From positions 29,698,001 to 29,762,000 of the forward strand of contig OX597826.1 in assembly GCA_951406725.2 (NCBI GenBank): 64,000 nt of DNA. The letters are read 5' to 3'. Positions 48,567 to 62,674 of this stretch are shown here, piece by piece. The notes under the pieces were generated by a model. The model did no database searches, had not been told where the DNA came from, and was given only the letters and a program-made list of their open reading frames with translations. The DNA is from Octopus vulgaris (taxonomy: Eukaryota). Both the position numbers and the translations under genes were made by a program. The stretch's first letter is position 1. Each line of letters starts with the position of its first letter.

Positions 48567-50539
48567 TAAATACCAGACTTTGAAAATATATGCATTTTGG
48601 GCGATTTTTAAACAAAACTCTTCAAAGCGGTGTCCCTGCATGGTCACAGTTTACGTAAACGATAAAAGATAAGTAAAACTACTTTCTACATCCATGATAG
48701 AAATGCCGCCAACTTTGTCGGTTTCGCATAAAATTTCTTTCAATTCTTCTTCTCATCATATCCTATACTTTTATGGTGCTTATTTTTTAAAGATGTAATC
48801 AAGATGTCTGACTCGTGAGTCTTCACGGTGCCATAAATATGTGCTGAGTTAGACTCTTCTATGCATTTCGAAAGGAAATGCATCCCGTTTGAGAATTAGC
48901 AACAGTAATTTACTTATTTATCGACTTTAAATTTTAGTTTTTTGAATTTTCTAATTTTCACAAATTTTCTGTTATCATAGAAAATATTGTTATTTTCCCA
49001 TTTTGTAATGTATTCTTTGTTCAAAATAACAGATTGCTCTTATCGCTTTTACATATTACAATAACTAACTCTCCAGGATCTGAAAAATAACGATAAAATT
49101 GTAATATATAAAATCGATAAAAGCAATTTTTTTTTTGTTATCTAGAACAAAAAACGAAGACATTAGCAAAATCGGCATTATACTCTACGATAACAACAGC
49201 AAATTCGTCAACATAACAAGAGACAAAATAGAACCATTAAAAAGTAAACTTAATCACTGCAAATGCTCAAATCGGATTTGATTCTTTCCAATACATAGAA
49301 GAATTTAGCTTAGGATACGTCCATGGCACCGAAAGGACTCAAACGAAACGTCACTCCCCTCTGATCTATAATCTTCGAAATCAATACACATACTCATAGA
49401 ATCGCTAAACAACTACATTGTATAGTATATATATATATATATATATATATTTATTATACACACACACACCAGAGTGATAAAATATAGTGTTGGTGAAAGA
49501 GAAATTTTACAGGAAACCATTCAAGTTGGTGACATTTTCAACATGGATGTAGAAAATGCTTTATTTACGTTCTTGCATAAAAAGTATAGAAACAATTGTA
49601 GGTAGGGTGTGTACAGACGTAGACAGCATGCTTTGATTGTTTAATTCGAACACGTATTTTTTTCTCATCTTTTTTCTCTCATCTATTCTGTCTGTGGAAG
49701 AGCGTAGGTGCGAAACGTTAAGAACGTCTTCCATTTTCCCTCAGCGTTAAACTAACGCACCCTGTTTGTTGTTCTTTCATCCCCACCTTTGTGTCTTTTT
49801 CATTTTATTTTTAGATTATATACATTCAAGCTCCTGTGATATTCTGAGATGCGCTACGGGTCTTGTAGATAGGGAGTTATCTCACTTGCTGGATATTATT
49901 AACAGTGCGTGACAGGAATTGTGGAAAGATATAAATGTGATAGTCTCCAGGAATGCGTGGGGGTGGAGACTCTGCCGTGAGGTCCTCCATGCTACATCAG
50001 AACTCGGACACTGATACGCGACGTTCATTGTAGTATTCCTTCATCTGCGGATGATATTACCCAGATAGCAACATAACTGATCATTACTCATTGACGTGGA
50101 TTTGCTCCTACCAGCCAAGACAACATTCCAACCACCAGACATGCCAAGAAGCATATTAAAAAGATTCTGTTGTCCTAACACAAAAGAAGTTCTTCGTCGG
50201 CAATCTATACATCTAGAGGGCAACAAACTGAATACGTGGATGGAGGAGTCGTCACATTTAGGGCGTTTCAACATGGCTAATGTCCATAAAGTTATTACTA
50301 AATATAACTATATCATGCATAGAAGTTACGTTGATGAAATATCCATTGTGCTAGACAGAAGGATAGATTTGGAGATTTGAAAAATATTTTTATTCTTAGA
50401 TTTACAACCCAACACCATTTTAGCATGAATTAAATTCCCCCAACAAATTGCATCTACATGTACACCGCCTCCACACTCACACATATATATATAGGGGAGA
50501 GAGAGAGTGTGTAGTCTCCATAGATGTATATAATGTCTA

Positions 50540-50579
<40 letters not shown>

Positions 50580-50582
50580 GTG

Positions 50583-50955
50583 AAGGCACAATGGCCCAGT
50601 GGTTAAGGCAGCAGACTCGCGGTAGTAGGATCGCGGTTTCGATTCCAAGTCCTGGCGTTGCGTTTATTGAGTCAAAACATCTAATGCTCCACTAGTCTCC
50701 GGCAGGGGTGGGTGGGGAATCCTGCTGTACTCATTCACCACAACTTTATCTCACTTTTTATTTTTGTTTCTATTGTACCTGTATTTCAAAGGGCCAGCCT
50801 TTCCACACTGTGTCACGCTGAATTTCCCCGATAACTAAGTTACAGGCACACGTGTCTGTGGAGTGCTCAGCCACTTGCACGTTAATTTCACGAGCAGGCT
50901 GTTCCGTTGATCGGATCAACTGGAACCCTCGTCGTCGTAACCGACAGAGTGCCGC
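50583..50955 (+). mobile_element. tRNA-derived SINE (head type 1, tail type 1)
   Basis: Box A tggcccagtgg and box B ggtttcgattcc. The head is shared with 59776 and the tail with 20389. Confidence 0.8.
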
Positions 50956-51133
50956 GATATATTATAAATATTAAATGTCTGTAGTCTCCTTAGATACATA
51001 AAACATCTGTAGCCAAATCTTTTCTGACAAGCTTTTAAATTTTCATCCTGTAAAAAGCTTTTGATAAGAAAATATTAAGAGTGAAACGGTTAGATTACTA
51101 GACCAAAATATAGAACAATAAAAGAACTATACA

Positions 51134-51368
51134 GGCATATGGCGTAATGGTTAAGAGCGCGGGCTACTAACACCAAGATTCCGAGTTCGATTCCAGGCAG
51201 TGACCTGAATGATAATAACAACAACAACACCGAAAAATACCTTAGGAATGAGAACCCAGGTTCGAAATTTCCCCAAAACACATGATGAAGGCTGGAAGGT
51301 ATGTCAGCCGAAACGTTGTGTTAACAACAAACAAGATGAGGACAAATATCCGTCGAATGTAAATAAAT
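51134..51368 (+). mobile_element. tRNA-headed hammerhead repeat (copy 4, most complete)
   Basis: Box A tggcgtaatgg and box B gagttcgattcc. Hammerhead at 51277-51322 with a C-to-A change in the CTGATGA box. Confidence 0.8.
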
Positions 51369-52199
51369 GCAAGAACAAATTCTCTCACACAATTACAAAG
51401 ATTTTACCATACAAAGCAAAAATACTCTCGTCATAGAATGGATGGACAGATCGTTACAAAACTCATAAAAGGGAACACAGCATGTATTACGGCTCCCATC
51501 ACCAACTAATCATTAGAATATATTAAGAATCACCAGCATGAAAGCCTTCGCATCAACATGAAACCACAACCACATAAGCAGTAGGATGCACTTCAGACAA
51601 TCAATGTAATACAGAAATTTCAGTGTAAGCAAGAATATTGTAAACATCATGATACAAAGTATTACAGAGAAGACATAGAGGTACGACACTGTTTCGTCGA
51701 AAGTACATAGGCTTACAACAATGTAAGGAAATTGAACAGCCATTAATAAAGTCGTCCTCCAACACCTTGATTCTGTCTCATTGTCTACTGCTGCTACTAC
51801 TACTACTACTACTACTACGATTTCGATAAAATCAAATCTATTGATGACCTACACTCCCTCTGTTATCCACAAGTGGGATCTTCACTTGGAAAACTTTGAT
51901 GGAAGCAATGCTGCAGATCTCGATATTAGCAAAACTGTGGAAACCCATCTGCCTACTCTCTCTAACAAAGGGGAGGAACTTTGTAGGCGATTGCTCCACT
52001 TTCTAGAAGCATCAGCCAAACCTACCTCAAATTACACTCAATCCTTAAATGTACATACACAACCATACACAAAGGATTGGCACGCGGTTTGAATATGGTA
52101 ATTCAGTCGTGTCTGGATTAGCTTTTATTACCAGTTTCTACAATCAGTGATGACTTACGGTTAAACTACAACGGCAGTGGATGAGTTAATGATGACACC

Positions 52200-52818
52200 T
52201 CTATGTATATATATATATATACATATATAACAGTGTGTTTGTGTGTGCATATACATATACACATATACATACATAGATACACACACACATACACACACAC
52301 ACATACACACACACATACACACATGTACACACACATACATACACACACACATACACACACACACATACACACACACATACACACACACATACATACACAC
52401 ACATACATGTGCACACACATACACACACACATACATACATACACACACATACATACACACACATACACACACGCATACACACATACACACACACACATAC
52501 ACGCATACACACACACACAATACATACACATACATAATACATACACACACAATACATACACACACATAATGCATACACACACATAATGCATACACACACA
52601 TAATGCATACACACACATACACACACACATATATATATAACAGTGTATACGTATACACACACACACAAGAGTGTATGCAGATATACACTTCATACAGGGA
52701 GTGAAAGAGAGTGAGAGACAAAGACATTTTAATACTCTGTAGTAGCCACCGCCTTTATACAAACACACACACACACACGCACACACATATGAGAGAGAAA
52801 GAAAGAAAGAAAGAGAGC

Positions 52819-52851
<33 letters not shown>

Positions 52852-52867
52852 AGAGAGAGAGAGAGAG

Positions 52868-52934
<67 letters not shown>

Positions 52935-52980
52935 AAGAGAGAGAGAGAGAGAGAAAAAGAGAAAGAGAGAGAGAGAGATT
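52200..52980. repeat. (CA/CATA)n followed by (GA)n microsatellites
   Basis: Directly visible. Confidence 0.9.
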
Positions 52981-53849
52981 ACTTCATAAACGAGACGCCT
53001 CTCAATATATTCTATTACTCAGTGGAATAGAATACAACAACATTCTTTTGAAGTGTTTTACTATTCACCTGCAGGAGAATTGTACAAAAATCATTGCTGC
53101 CGCATAATGAAGACTTTTGTAGTGACACACGATGATCAAATAAAATATATGCATAAATAACGAACAGACCAGCTATATAAAAGGGAAGCTATATAAACGA
53201 ACATAGCCACACCGCACACACACATACACACACACATATATATATATACACACGTGTGTGTATGCACACAATAAAAGAAAATGCGAAATTATTTAATCAG
53301 TTTAAGAGATCACCTGAAGATTTAATAAATATATGATTACAGACCAATTAAATCTCATATTAATTTAATTAAAATAGCAGCATAGATTTATGGGTTTTCC
53401 CATAATGTTTAGCATTAATATAAAGTGAAATTAATATAAAATATTTCAGTGTTATTTAAGTAACCTGGAGTCAAATCCAGAGATGATATAATTGTTTTTT
53501 ACTACGTTTTTATATTATATATTTTATTTTATTAATTTTATGATGCTTATGTATTTGTTTTATATTCTTTTATTATTTGATATGTTGTGACATCGAAATG
53601 AAGAGAAGAGAAAGCTGTATCATTTTCGCTTATTACTGGTAGATCAATTAACGCTAATGAAAGTCAAAACCACATGACCAGCCATTGATATTAAGTTGGT
53701 GAAAGGGGAAAATTAATTGGTTGGAGCAGTTGAGCGTCAGTAAAATTGTGTTGCTGTATTTAACCATGTCCTGTTAAATTCCGTGTTCAAATCTCGTTGT
53801 GGTAAACTTTGCATTTCTCATTTGCATGGGAGAATCATGGTGCTGCAAA

Positions 53850-54432
53850 TACGTAGTCTGATCAATAAGTATCCGGACTGTTGCTATAGTAACAAAGCTA
53901 AAGCACAGAGAGTGGAGTCGCTTGTCACTTCCACTGTTTACAGCAGGAAGGAAAGTGTGTAACGTGTGATCGTCGCATTGACCATGACACAGAAAGTTGA
54001 GCAGAAAATATGCATCAAATTTTAGCAAAAGCTTGGCGATACCTGCTCAGAGGCCTACGCAAAGTTTTTAAAAAGTTTTCATCGTTCTCAACACAATCAA
54101 GGAGATCTTGTGCAACTGAACAACTGAAACCTGAATGTCTTTTTGGTCAGCTGAAAGCAGTTTTGGCACAAACTCGACAGGCATGTGTCTTACACCCAAA
54201 TCTTCAGTGATAACGGACTGAACTGAACCGTAACTAACTTGCACATCCTCTAATAACTCACGGATGGTGATTCGACGATTTCCCCTCACAGCTGCACGCA
54301 CATCTGCAATGTTTTTCTCAGTTCTGCTGGTTGCGGGTCTCTCAGAAGATTCGTCAATATCAACATTTTTCGGCCATCTTGGAAACATCTGAACCACTCA
54401 TACACTTGTGTGCGGCTCATACACTCCTCTCC
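53850..54432. mobile_element. Mariner 5' fragment with an internal inversion
   Basis: TIR-like tacgtagtctgatcaataagtatccggactg. Plus strand reads MTQKVEQKICIKF..SEAYAK; the continuation (MSRTQVYEWF..FVPKLL) is on the minus strand at 54068-54430. Confidence 0.75.
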
Positions 54433-54439
54433 ATTCTTC

Positions 54440-55490
54440 CCGGCTCTTTACGTTCTGGGTTCAAATGATGTTGAGGTCAGCTTTGCCTTTCATTTCTCCA
54501 AGGTCAACAGAATACAGTACCAAATATTCTCCTCCTCTCAAAATGCAGGCCTTTAGTCTAAATCAGAATGAATTAAAAGGCTGTAGCAGCAATGCTAGAG
54601 CGTCGGGAAAATGTTTATCGGCATCTTTCCTTGCTTTTTACAATCTGAGTTCTAACCTCACCAAGGTCAGGTTTGGTATTTTTTTTCTTTCCAGTACCGA
54701 TAAAATAATATACTAGTCAAGTACTGAAGTTGATGCTATCGACTAATCTTCTACCCTTAAACTTACTAGCTTAGTATTAAAAATTAGCATGCCGGGAAAA
54801 TGTTTAGCAGCAGTTCGTCTATCTCCACGTTCTGAGTTCAAATTCCACCGTGTTTGACTTTGCTTATCCTTTAGGGGCCGATAAAATAAGTACCAATTGA
54901 ACACAAGGGTCGATGTGATTGACTTAGCATCTCTCTCAAACCTACTAGCCTTGTACCAAAATTTGAAATCGTTATTATTATTATTATTATAATAATAATT
55001 ATTATTATTAATAGTAATTAATAATAAGGCGGCGAGCTCGCAGAATCGTTAGCTTACTGGACGAACTGCTTAGCAGTATCTCGCCCGTCGCTACGTTCTG
55101 AGTTCAAATTCTGCCAAGGTCGACTGTCCCTTTCATCCTTTCAAGGTCGATAAAATAAGTACCAGTTGAACACTGGGGTCGATGTACTCGACTTATCCCC
55201 GCCCCCAAAACTGCTGCCCCTATGGAAAAATTTGAAACCATTATTATTATTATTATTATTATTATTAAAGCGGTGAGCTGGCAGAATCGTTAGCACGCTG
55301 GACGAACTGCTTAGCGGTATTTCGCCCGTTACTACGTTCTGATTTCAAATTCTACTGAGGTCGACTTTGCTTTCATCCTGTCGAGGTCGATAAATTAAGT
55401 ACCAGTGAAACAATGGAGTCGATGTAATTGTCTAGTCCCCTCCCTCCAAATTTCAGGCCTTGTGTTTTTAGTAGAAAGGATTATTATTGA
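54440..55490 (+). mobile_element. Tandem cluster of about five SINE family A copies
   Basis: Repeated cgttctgagttcaaatt and cores, separated by (TTA)n. Confidence 0.8.
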
Positions 55491-56031
55491 GATAGCAATA
55501 CATACTATCAAAGTGACACTGGGGTAAAATATACTCACGACTACTCGTCTGATAACGGTACCCCAGGTACATGCATCACAACCATATGTGCGCGACATAG
55601 TGATCTCATATCATGATAAACAGCGCAGTTAGAATTTTCTTCTGGTCGAGTAGCGCTTCTTACTCAAAAGGTCCTGAATAAAGTTTGGTTAAGGATGTTG
55701 AACAAAACACCCATGTTTCCAAAGGTGAATTATCAAAACCCCAAAGAATTCCTCTCAACACATGGCTACGACGCTCCCCCACTACTTCTGCTCATGATCA
55801 GCGATGCACATATCGTCAGCCACTAAGGGACATGCTCAACGGGTTATGGTCAAGCAAGTAACAAGTACATCTGTGGTATTGAGCGCAATATTTGTTGTAG
55901 CTCATCTTTTGTACAAAGACAAAACAATGTACATATTAACACTTCCAATCAGTTAAGATCAGAAGCCATGAGAACCACTGCCTGGTACTACATCAGGGCA
56001 TTTATTATTATTACTTTTATTGTTATTATTA

Positions 56032-56235
56032 GGGCGGCGAGCTGGCAGAATCATTAACACAACGCGCGAAATGCTTAGTGGTATTTCGTCTGTTGCTACG
56101 TTCTGAGTTCAAATTCCGCCGAGATCGACTTTGCCTTTCATTCTTTAGGGATCTATAAAATAAATACCAGTTGGGGTTGATGTAATCGACTCATTCCCAC
56201 CTCCTCCAAGCTGACCTTAAGTCAAAAATTTGAAA
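56032..56235 (+). mobile_element. SINE family A
   Basis: Full head and core. Confidence 0.8.
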
Positions 56236-58724
56236 TCTATACTATAATGGAAAAAGCTGCTTATCAATTATGTAGCAATTACTAAAAGTACTAAATGAAA
56301 GCAATTATTAAAGGACTGACCGTCTGGAAATATTTGTATAAATTCATGTTCTAAGAAATTGCCTATAATTTCGATTTCTGAAGTTTATTGAATTTTTTGA
56401 CTCCAAATTCTCGAAAATTTAAATATTCATTGAATTCACTGCGTCCAATTCTTCATAAATTTAAATATTCATTGCATTCACTGCAGAATTTTTGTAAATT
56501 TTAATGTTTAATTATAAACACTATTAATTCGTTGCAGTCAACATTTTACATTTTTATTTGCATCAGTCTCTCATTCTCATTGAATATGCAGGGAGACGAC
56601 GACACGATTCTGTTTCCACTACACATAACCGACTGGTTAGGGTATCTCGAGAGGAGAATATTCTACTTCAAAATAATGGTGTCAGATCATAAATTGTTGA
56701 AGCAGCACTAAAGAGATCTTTTCTTTGCGATCTTGTGGAAATAGTGGAGTTGACAATCAATCTAAGACTTCGTACAAATGGTCATTCTGATGAAAGAGAG
56801 TTTGCTAATTGCCTTTTTGATGTAGGAAATGACAACATTTCTGTTGAACAAAGCCTAGGTGAATTCAAAATCAAACTACCCAATGACCCTTGCTTTGAAA
56901 GATCTATGTGATTTTGTATATGCTGACCTCAAAAATAACTCCACAAACCCTGTGTGGCTTGCAAATAGAACCATTGTTATTCCGACAAACGAAGCAGCAC
57001 AATTTGTGAATGATTTTCTTTTGACCAGGATCCCTGATGAGCTAAATATATACAGATGTTCATATGCAGTTGATAATGAAACTGTACCCAGTCGAGTTCA
57101 TCAAAAAACTTACACCATCAGGGTTTCCACCACACATTCTCAAATTGAAGATAAAATGCAGCATAAAGTTTCTGAGGAATTTAGATGCAACTAATGGACA
57201 TTGCAATGGTACGCGCTACATCATTGTCAGTTTACATGATCATGTTATTGAGGTTGAGGTTGCTTCTGGTCCTTATGCAGGATCAACTCTGCTAATCCCA
57301 AGAATACCACATGTATCTCAAGAAATGGAATTTCCATTCATATTTACACGCAAACAATTTCCTGGAAAGCCAGCTTTTGCCTTGACATGCAACAAGGCAG
57401 AGGGACAGACTTTTGAACAAATTGGAATATATCTTCCGACACAATTCTTCTCACATGATCAGCTGTATGTTACATTATCTAGAGTTTGAAAGAAGGCTAA
57501 TATAAAAATATTGGCTGAGAGAAATGGAAACAATATGATTACTGACAATTGTGTCTACAAGGAAATACTGATTTAAAGCAAAATATGCTTTTTAGCAAGT
57601 TTCAGTAAATAGAATTAACACATAAATTATATGTAAAGTAACATATATTTGTGAGGAATTAAAATGTTTTGGAATATTTCAACACATGCCGAATGAATGA
57701 TATCATTATATTAGACAGTTTTAAATTTGGGTATATATGAAAAGGCAAGGAAACGCTATTCCTATGTGTTCTCATAGCACCAGACTTTTGTATCAATCTA
57801 TCTTTCTATCTATCTATCCACCTACCTGTTCATCCACTCATCTAAGTTCTACCAATTATTAACGGTAAATATATATATATAACAGATTGACTCAGCTATA
57901 TATCTACATATAAATTTCTGTTATGTCCGTTAGTTAGTCACACCGTCCGTAATAACCATATTATAGGTTTGACTCTCTGGAAATTTTTTATAAATTCGTC
58001 TGTTAATATATATCGATAAAAAAGCACTTTCGAGGCTTTCATTATTTCATTATTTACTATCACAAGTTTAGATATTTGTTGTCAAGCTTTTACGTTCACT
58101 GCAAAGTCGGTTTAACATTTGATAAACAATATTAATATGTTTTAGCAAAATTTTTCGTTTTCATTTGCAACATAGTCTCTCACTTTCTCTCTTTCCAGCC
58201 TCTAATTGCTTTCAGTAATAATAATTTACTTAATACATATTCATTGCAATTTTTTCATTTCAAATTTTATTTCGTTATTTCAGATGAGGAAATCAAGTAT
58301 TTTGTTGACTTAAATTCGCTTTTAAATTCCCTCAGTTTATTGTTTATACATACTGAAAATAAATTATATTAGACAACTTATTAAAACTTACTGAAGCGTC
58401 GAACTCATGTGACTTATTTCCTTTCCGTCATTATCTAAGAATTAGCAAGTGAATTTGTTGCTATGGCTATTTGATACGATATAGGTATTAACATATCTCT
58501 ATGTGATCGCTGCTATTTTTTCGCACATTAAACATAGTTGGACTACCTTGATATTTGTTTAAAAAAGGGAGATTATGACTGTGATAAAATAATGAGCACT
58601 ATAATGCAAGAAAATAATTAAACTTAAAATATCATAAAAATTATTTGAATTGGAAAAAAATCAAATGGGGATGTATAATCGAGTGGCTAGCAGAAAACTG
58701 TCCGGAGGGCGGTCTTTCTGCTAG
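56236..58724 (+). mobile_element. Internally deleted Helitron (~2.5 kb)
   Basis: 5' TCTATACTATAA and 3' hairpin plus CTAG, inserted between A and T. Carries a PIF1 helicase remnant. Confidence 0.75.
56700..57576 (+). pseudogene. Helitron RepHel PIF1-like helicase C-terminal remnant
   Basis: PPHILKLK, RNLDATNGHCNGTR, RKQFP..AFALTCNKAEGQT and QLYVTLSRV, with stops and frameshifts. Confidence 0.85.
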
Positions 58725-58754
58725 TAATAAAAATAATAATAATTATTTTTATTA

Positions 58755-59130
58755 GGGCGGTGAGCTGGCAGAATCGTTAGCACTCCAGATGAAATGCTTA
58801 GCAGAATTTCGTCTGACGCTACGTTCCGAGTTCAAATTCTGCCGAGTTCGACGAGTACGTACCAGTGAAACAGTGGGATCGATGTAATCGGCTAGTTCCC
58901 GCCCCAAAATTTCAGCCCTTGTGTCTTTAATAGAAAGGATTATTAATTATTATTATTATTAGGGCGGCGATCTGGCAGAATCGTCAACACCTGTGTTCAA
59001 ATTTCGCCGAGGTTGACTTTGCCTTTCACCCTTTCGGGGTCGATAAATTAAGTACCAGTTGAATACTAGGGTCGATGTGATCAACTATCTCCATAAAATC
59101 TAGGCCTTATGCATCCAGTAGAAAGGATTA
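58755..59130 (+). mobile_element. Two SINE family A copies with internal deletions
   Basis: Heads gggcgg(t/c)ga(g/t)ctggcagaatcg and standard tails. Confidence 0.75.
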
Positions 59131-59775
59131 TCCTTATTATCCATCGCTACAGTCGTCATGTTATTACTCAAGATTTTGACAGGTGTCAATCATAAACGAC
59201 AAGATCGATCGCAATGGCACGCTAATGTGTCAAGAAAATCTTTATTCTTTGTTTTATGCTGTATTGAAATTGTTATTTTTAAAACGAGGAATTTGTCTGG
59301 GAGTGAAGTTATGAGATTTAAAATCAGTAAGATTTGTTTGGTCTTCACAGAATTTGCCATTCCTGTTTGGAATTGAAAGCAATCTTTCTCTGGAATCCTA
59401 GCATCATTTTGACATTTTTCTTCCTTTCTGTGTTTGTATATATTTATGTATGTGTATATATATATCGTGAACGCTCACGCACACCCACATACATATGCAC
59501 ACATGAATGTATGCACGTTTATGCATGCATGTGTGACAGCATGTATATATGTATCTATATTTGCATATATGTATGCGTATATGACTGTATATATATATAT
59601 ACACACACACACACAAGCATTTAGATATGTTATGTATGCATTTATATAGATATGTATTACACACATAGGTTGTGATATTTATGTATGCGTGTGCGTGTAT
59701 ATATGTACCTAATTTGTAAGTGCGCATGTCTATTTACATCTGTATGTGTTTTTATATATATATATATATAAATAA

Positions 59776-60067
59776 ATGGCCCAGTGGTTAGGGCAGCGGA
59801 CACGCGGTCGTAGGATCGCGGTTTCGATTCCCAGACCGGGCATTGTGAGTGTTTATTGAGCGAAAACACCTAAAGCTCTACGAGGCTCCGGCAGAGGGTG
59901 GTGGCGATCCCTGCTGTACTCTTTCGCCGCAACTTTCTCACACTTTCTTCTGTTGGCCTGCTCGCTTAGCCAGCGGAGTGGCGTCATTTGAAGGCTAAAA
60001 CAATGCGAAGCGCATTGTGACCAGCGATGTGTAGCAACATCCGATGGTCTGGTCGGTCACGGTGATA
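59776..60067 (+). mobile_element. tRNA-derived SINE (head type 1, tail type 2)
   Basis: Head as in 50583 and tail as in 6121. Confidence 0.8.
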
Positions 60068-60449
60068 TATATATATAAACTCAGTTTTATAAAGATGTAT
60101 CTATGTGTTGAACAAGTTGAATGTATGCATGGATAAATATATGTACCAGTTTATAAATATAGAATATCTATGTATGTATAATACGAGTAAAATACTAAAA
60201 TGTGTACCTCTATGTACGGTATGGAGGTACTTTGTCTGTGTGTGTGTATATGTGGTTTTTTAGTTCTGTAGTTGTATAATTGTATGTGTAAGTGTATGGT
60301 ATAAGCACGCAAATATCCGGTAGTTAATTACTATAATGTATACCGGTAATACACAAACATATTCACAGAAATAGATTATATAGATACATGTACATACATA
60401 CACATATAGACACTTACATATATACATTCTTACTTTCTCTCCATATAAA

Positions 60450-60480
<31 letters not shown>

Positions 60481-61440
60481 AGTACGTTTATCGATAGGTT
60501 CAGCGATCGAATGCACTCAATACTTTTAAGATTTATGAAAGCAGTTTATAAGTAATAACTTATAAAGCTTCGGAAAACAACTCAAGTTTTATGTTCGATA
60601 CTTTATTTAACATGGCTGAGACTGGAGCTCCGTCAGTTACTTCAACCACAAGGCTATCTCGGTGAATTTAAATTATGGCTGGTGATAATACAAAAGAATG
60701 CAATGTTTTTTAGTAAATGTAAATAGTATGATAGCGATGGTAACTCAGATTTATAGAAGTCTAAGACGAGTTCCTTGGGTCGTTAAAAATGTTGACTGAA
60801 CAAAGTAAAGCTAAGTACAATGTATATAATATTTCAAGAAGTCTAAATGTGCCTTAAATGTTCTATTGTTGTAGGTGTTGTGAGTGAGCGGAAAGTTAGA
60901 CCTAAGTTCCTTAAACGATTTTGAGGTGGTGTTATCTGACAGAGGTGTTCATATATGCATGGCGTTGATGTGCATAGTGAAGTTTAATTGTAGGTAAAGT
61001 TGAAAGAAGCAAGTGGAAAGATGGGAGAGTACAACTGTGGACTGCACATTTGGTGTTGGTGGGACTTTCCAGTTCAATAGGAGGATTTTATCAGCGTGAA
61101 CACACCACATGATTACTTTTTTTAAAATTCATATACTTATTGAAGTGCATTAACGAAAGCAAGTTTTTGTATATATATATTTACGTATGCATGCATGCAT
61201 ACACATAAACACTCGAATGGCTTGTATACTTTATATAAATATACATCACGTACATAAAACATACATGTATATACATATGTACACAAAATACACACACAAG
61301 CGCATACAATATATATGCATATGATTATGAATATATATATACATATACGCATAAATACATGCATATATACGCTACATATAAGTTTGGAAAGCTAAGCGTA
61401 TTAATTATGCAGTGTCTGACTGTTTTAATGGTGTTTCGTG

Positions 61441-61484
<44 letters not shown>

Positions 61485-62079
61485 ATATGTAATGGCATCT
61501 GATATTTACTCAACACATATCCCCATACGAACACGGAGACATATATCCATGCATAGCAAAAATTAAGCAATACATATGTATATGTACACACATATACAAA
61601 AACAGATGTACACACGCATATATATATATACGTACGTATACATACCTACACACACACATTCATACGCAAATGAAAACCGAAGCGTATTAATTATACAGTG
61701 TCTGGTTTTCACGTTTTAATGACGGTTGAATATTTTTGCAACTGTTGTTGTCTTGCTTTCGATATTACTTTTAGCGAAGCCTTGCGTATTATAAATTCAT
61801 TAATTCATTCGTTAATTCATTTCAGTTAGACGACAACAACAACAAATACTAAATACTACATCTATTACATGAAGCACAACCGCAACAGCAACACCTTTAG
61901 AATTGGTTACAAGGTTAAAAGACAAAAAAAAAATGTAACCGGATGCAGTAAACAAAGTAAGCATCGTCGAAATTAAGAGATGTTTCAGAATCGTTATTGT
62001 GTATCAACACATTGATACATCGCCACAAAAATCACACACACACACACACACACATTTTATATTTACACCCACCCACCTG

Positions 62080-62420
62080 TGGCAAGGAGTTTGCTTCCCA
62101 GCCACATGGTCCCGGGTTCATTCCCACTACACGGCATTTCATCGACTCGAGGCAACTATAGCCTTGAACTGACCAAAGCACTGTGAGTGGATTTAGTAGG
62201 CGGAAACTGAAAGAATCCCGTCGTGTGTGTGTGTGTCCCATTCAGCACCGCATGTTGGTGTGCTTATACGCCCTTACTTAGCGGTTTGGCAAAAAGACAC
62301 CGATAGTATTAGTACCGGGCTTCAAAATAGGTACTGTGGTCGATTCGTTCGACTAAAAATTCTTCAAGACCCGATACCCCAGCATGGCCAGAATCAGACG
62401 ACTCAAACATGTATTAAAAG
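62080..62420 (+). mobile_element. Diverged SINE family B
   Basis: ccacatggtcccgggttca...gtggatttagtaggcggaaactgaaag...cagcatggcc. Confidence 0.7.
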
Positions 62421-62512
62421 GCGAGTGTGTGTATACTTTATATATATATATTGATAGAAATGGTAAGACAACAAAAGAATGAAAGAGACCTCGATATTAT
62501 GTAAATGGAGGA

Positions 62513-62516
<4 letters not shown>

Positions 62517-62555
<39 letters not shown>

Positions 62556-62594
62556 AATATATGTATATATATATATATATATATAATATATAAA

Positions 62595-62674
<80 letters not shown>

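Larger units (their letters stand above)
46890..48670 (+). mobile_element. SINE family B split by the mariner insertion
   Basis: gatagaaTA ... TAaataccagactt rejoins to the SINE consensus gatagaataagtactaggctt. Confidence 0.75.

Noticed and set aside
50583-51210. tRNA genes at SINE heads
   Set aside because: Box A and B are present but run into SINE bodies, with no clean acceptor stem or terminator.
57064-57489. Host PIF1 helicase gene
   Set aside because: It is intronless, broken by stops and frameshifts, and bounded by Helitron termini.
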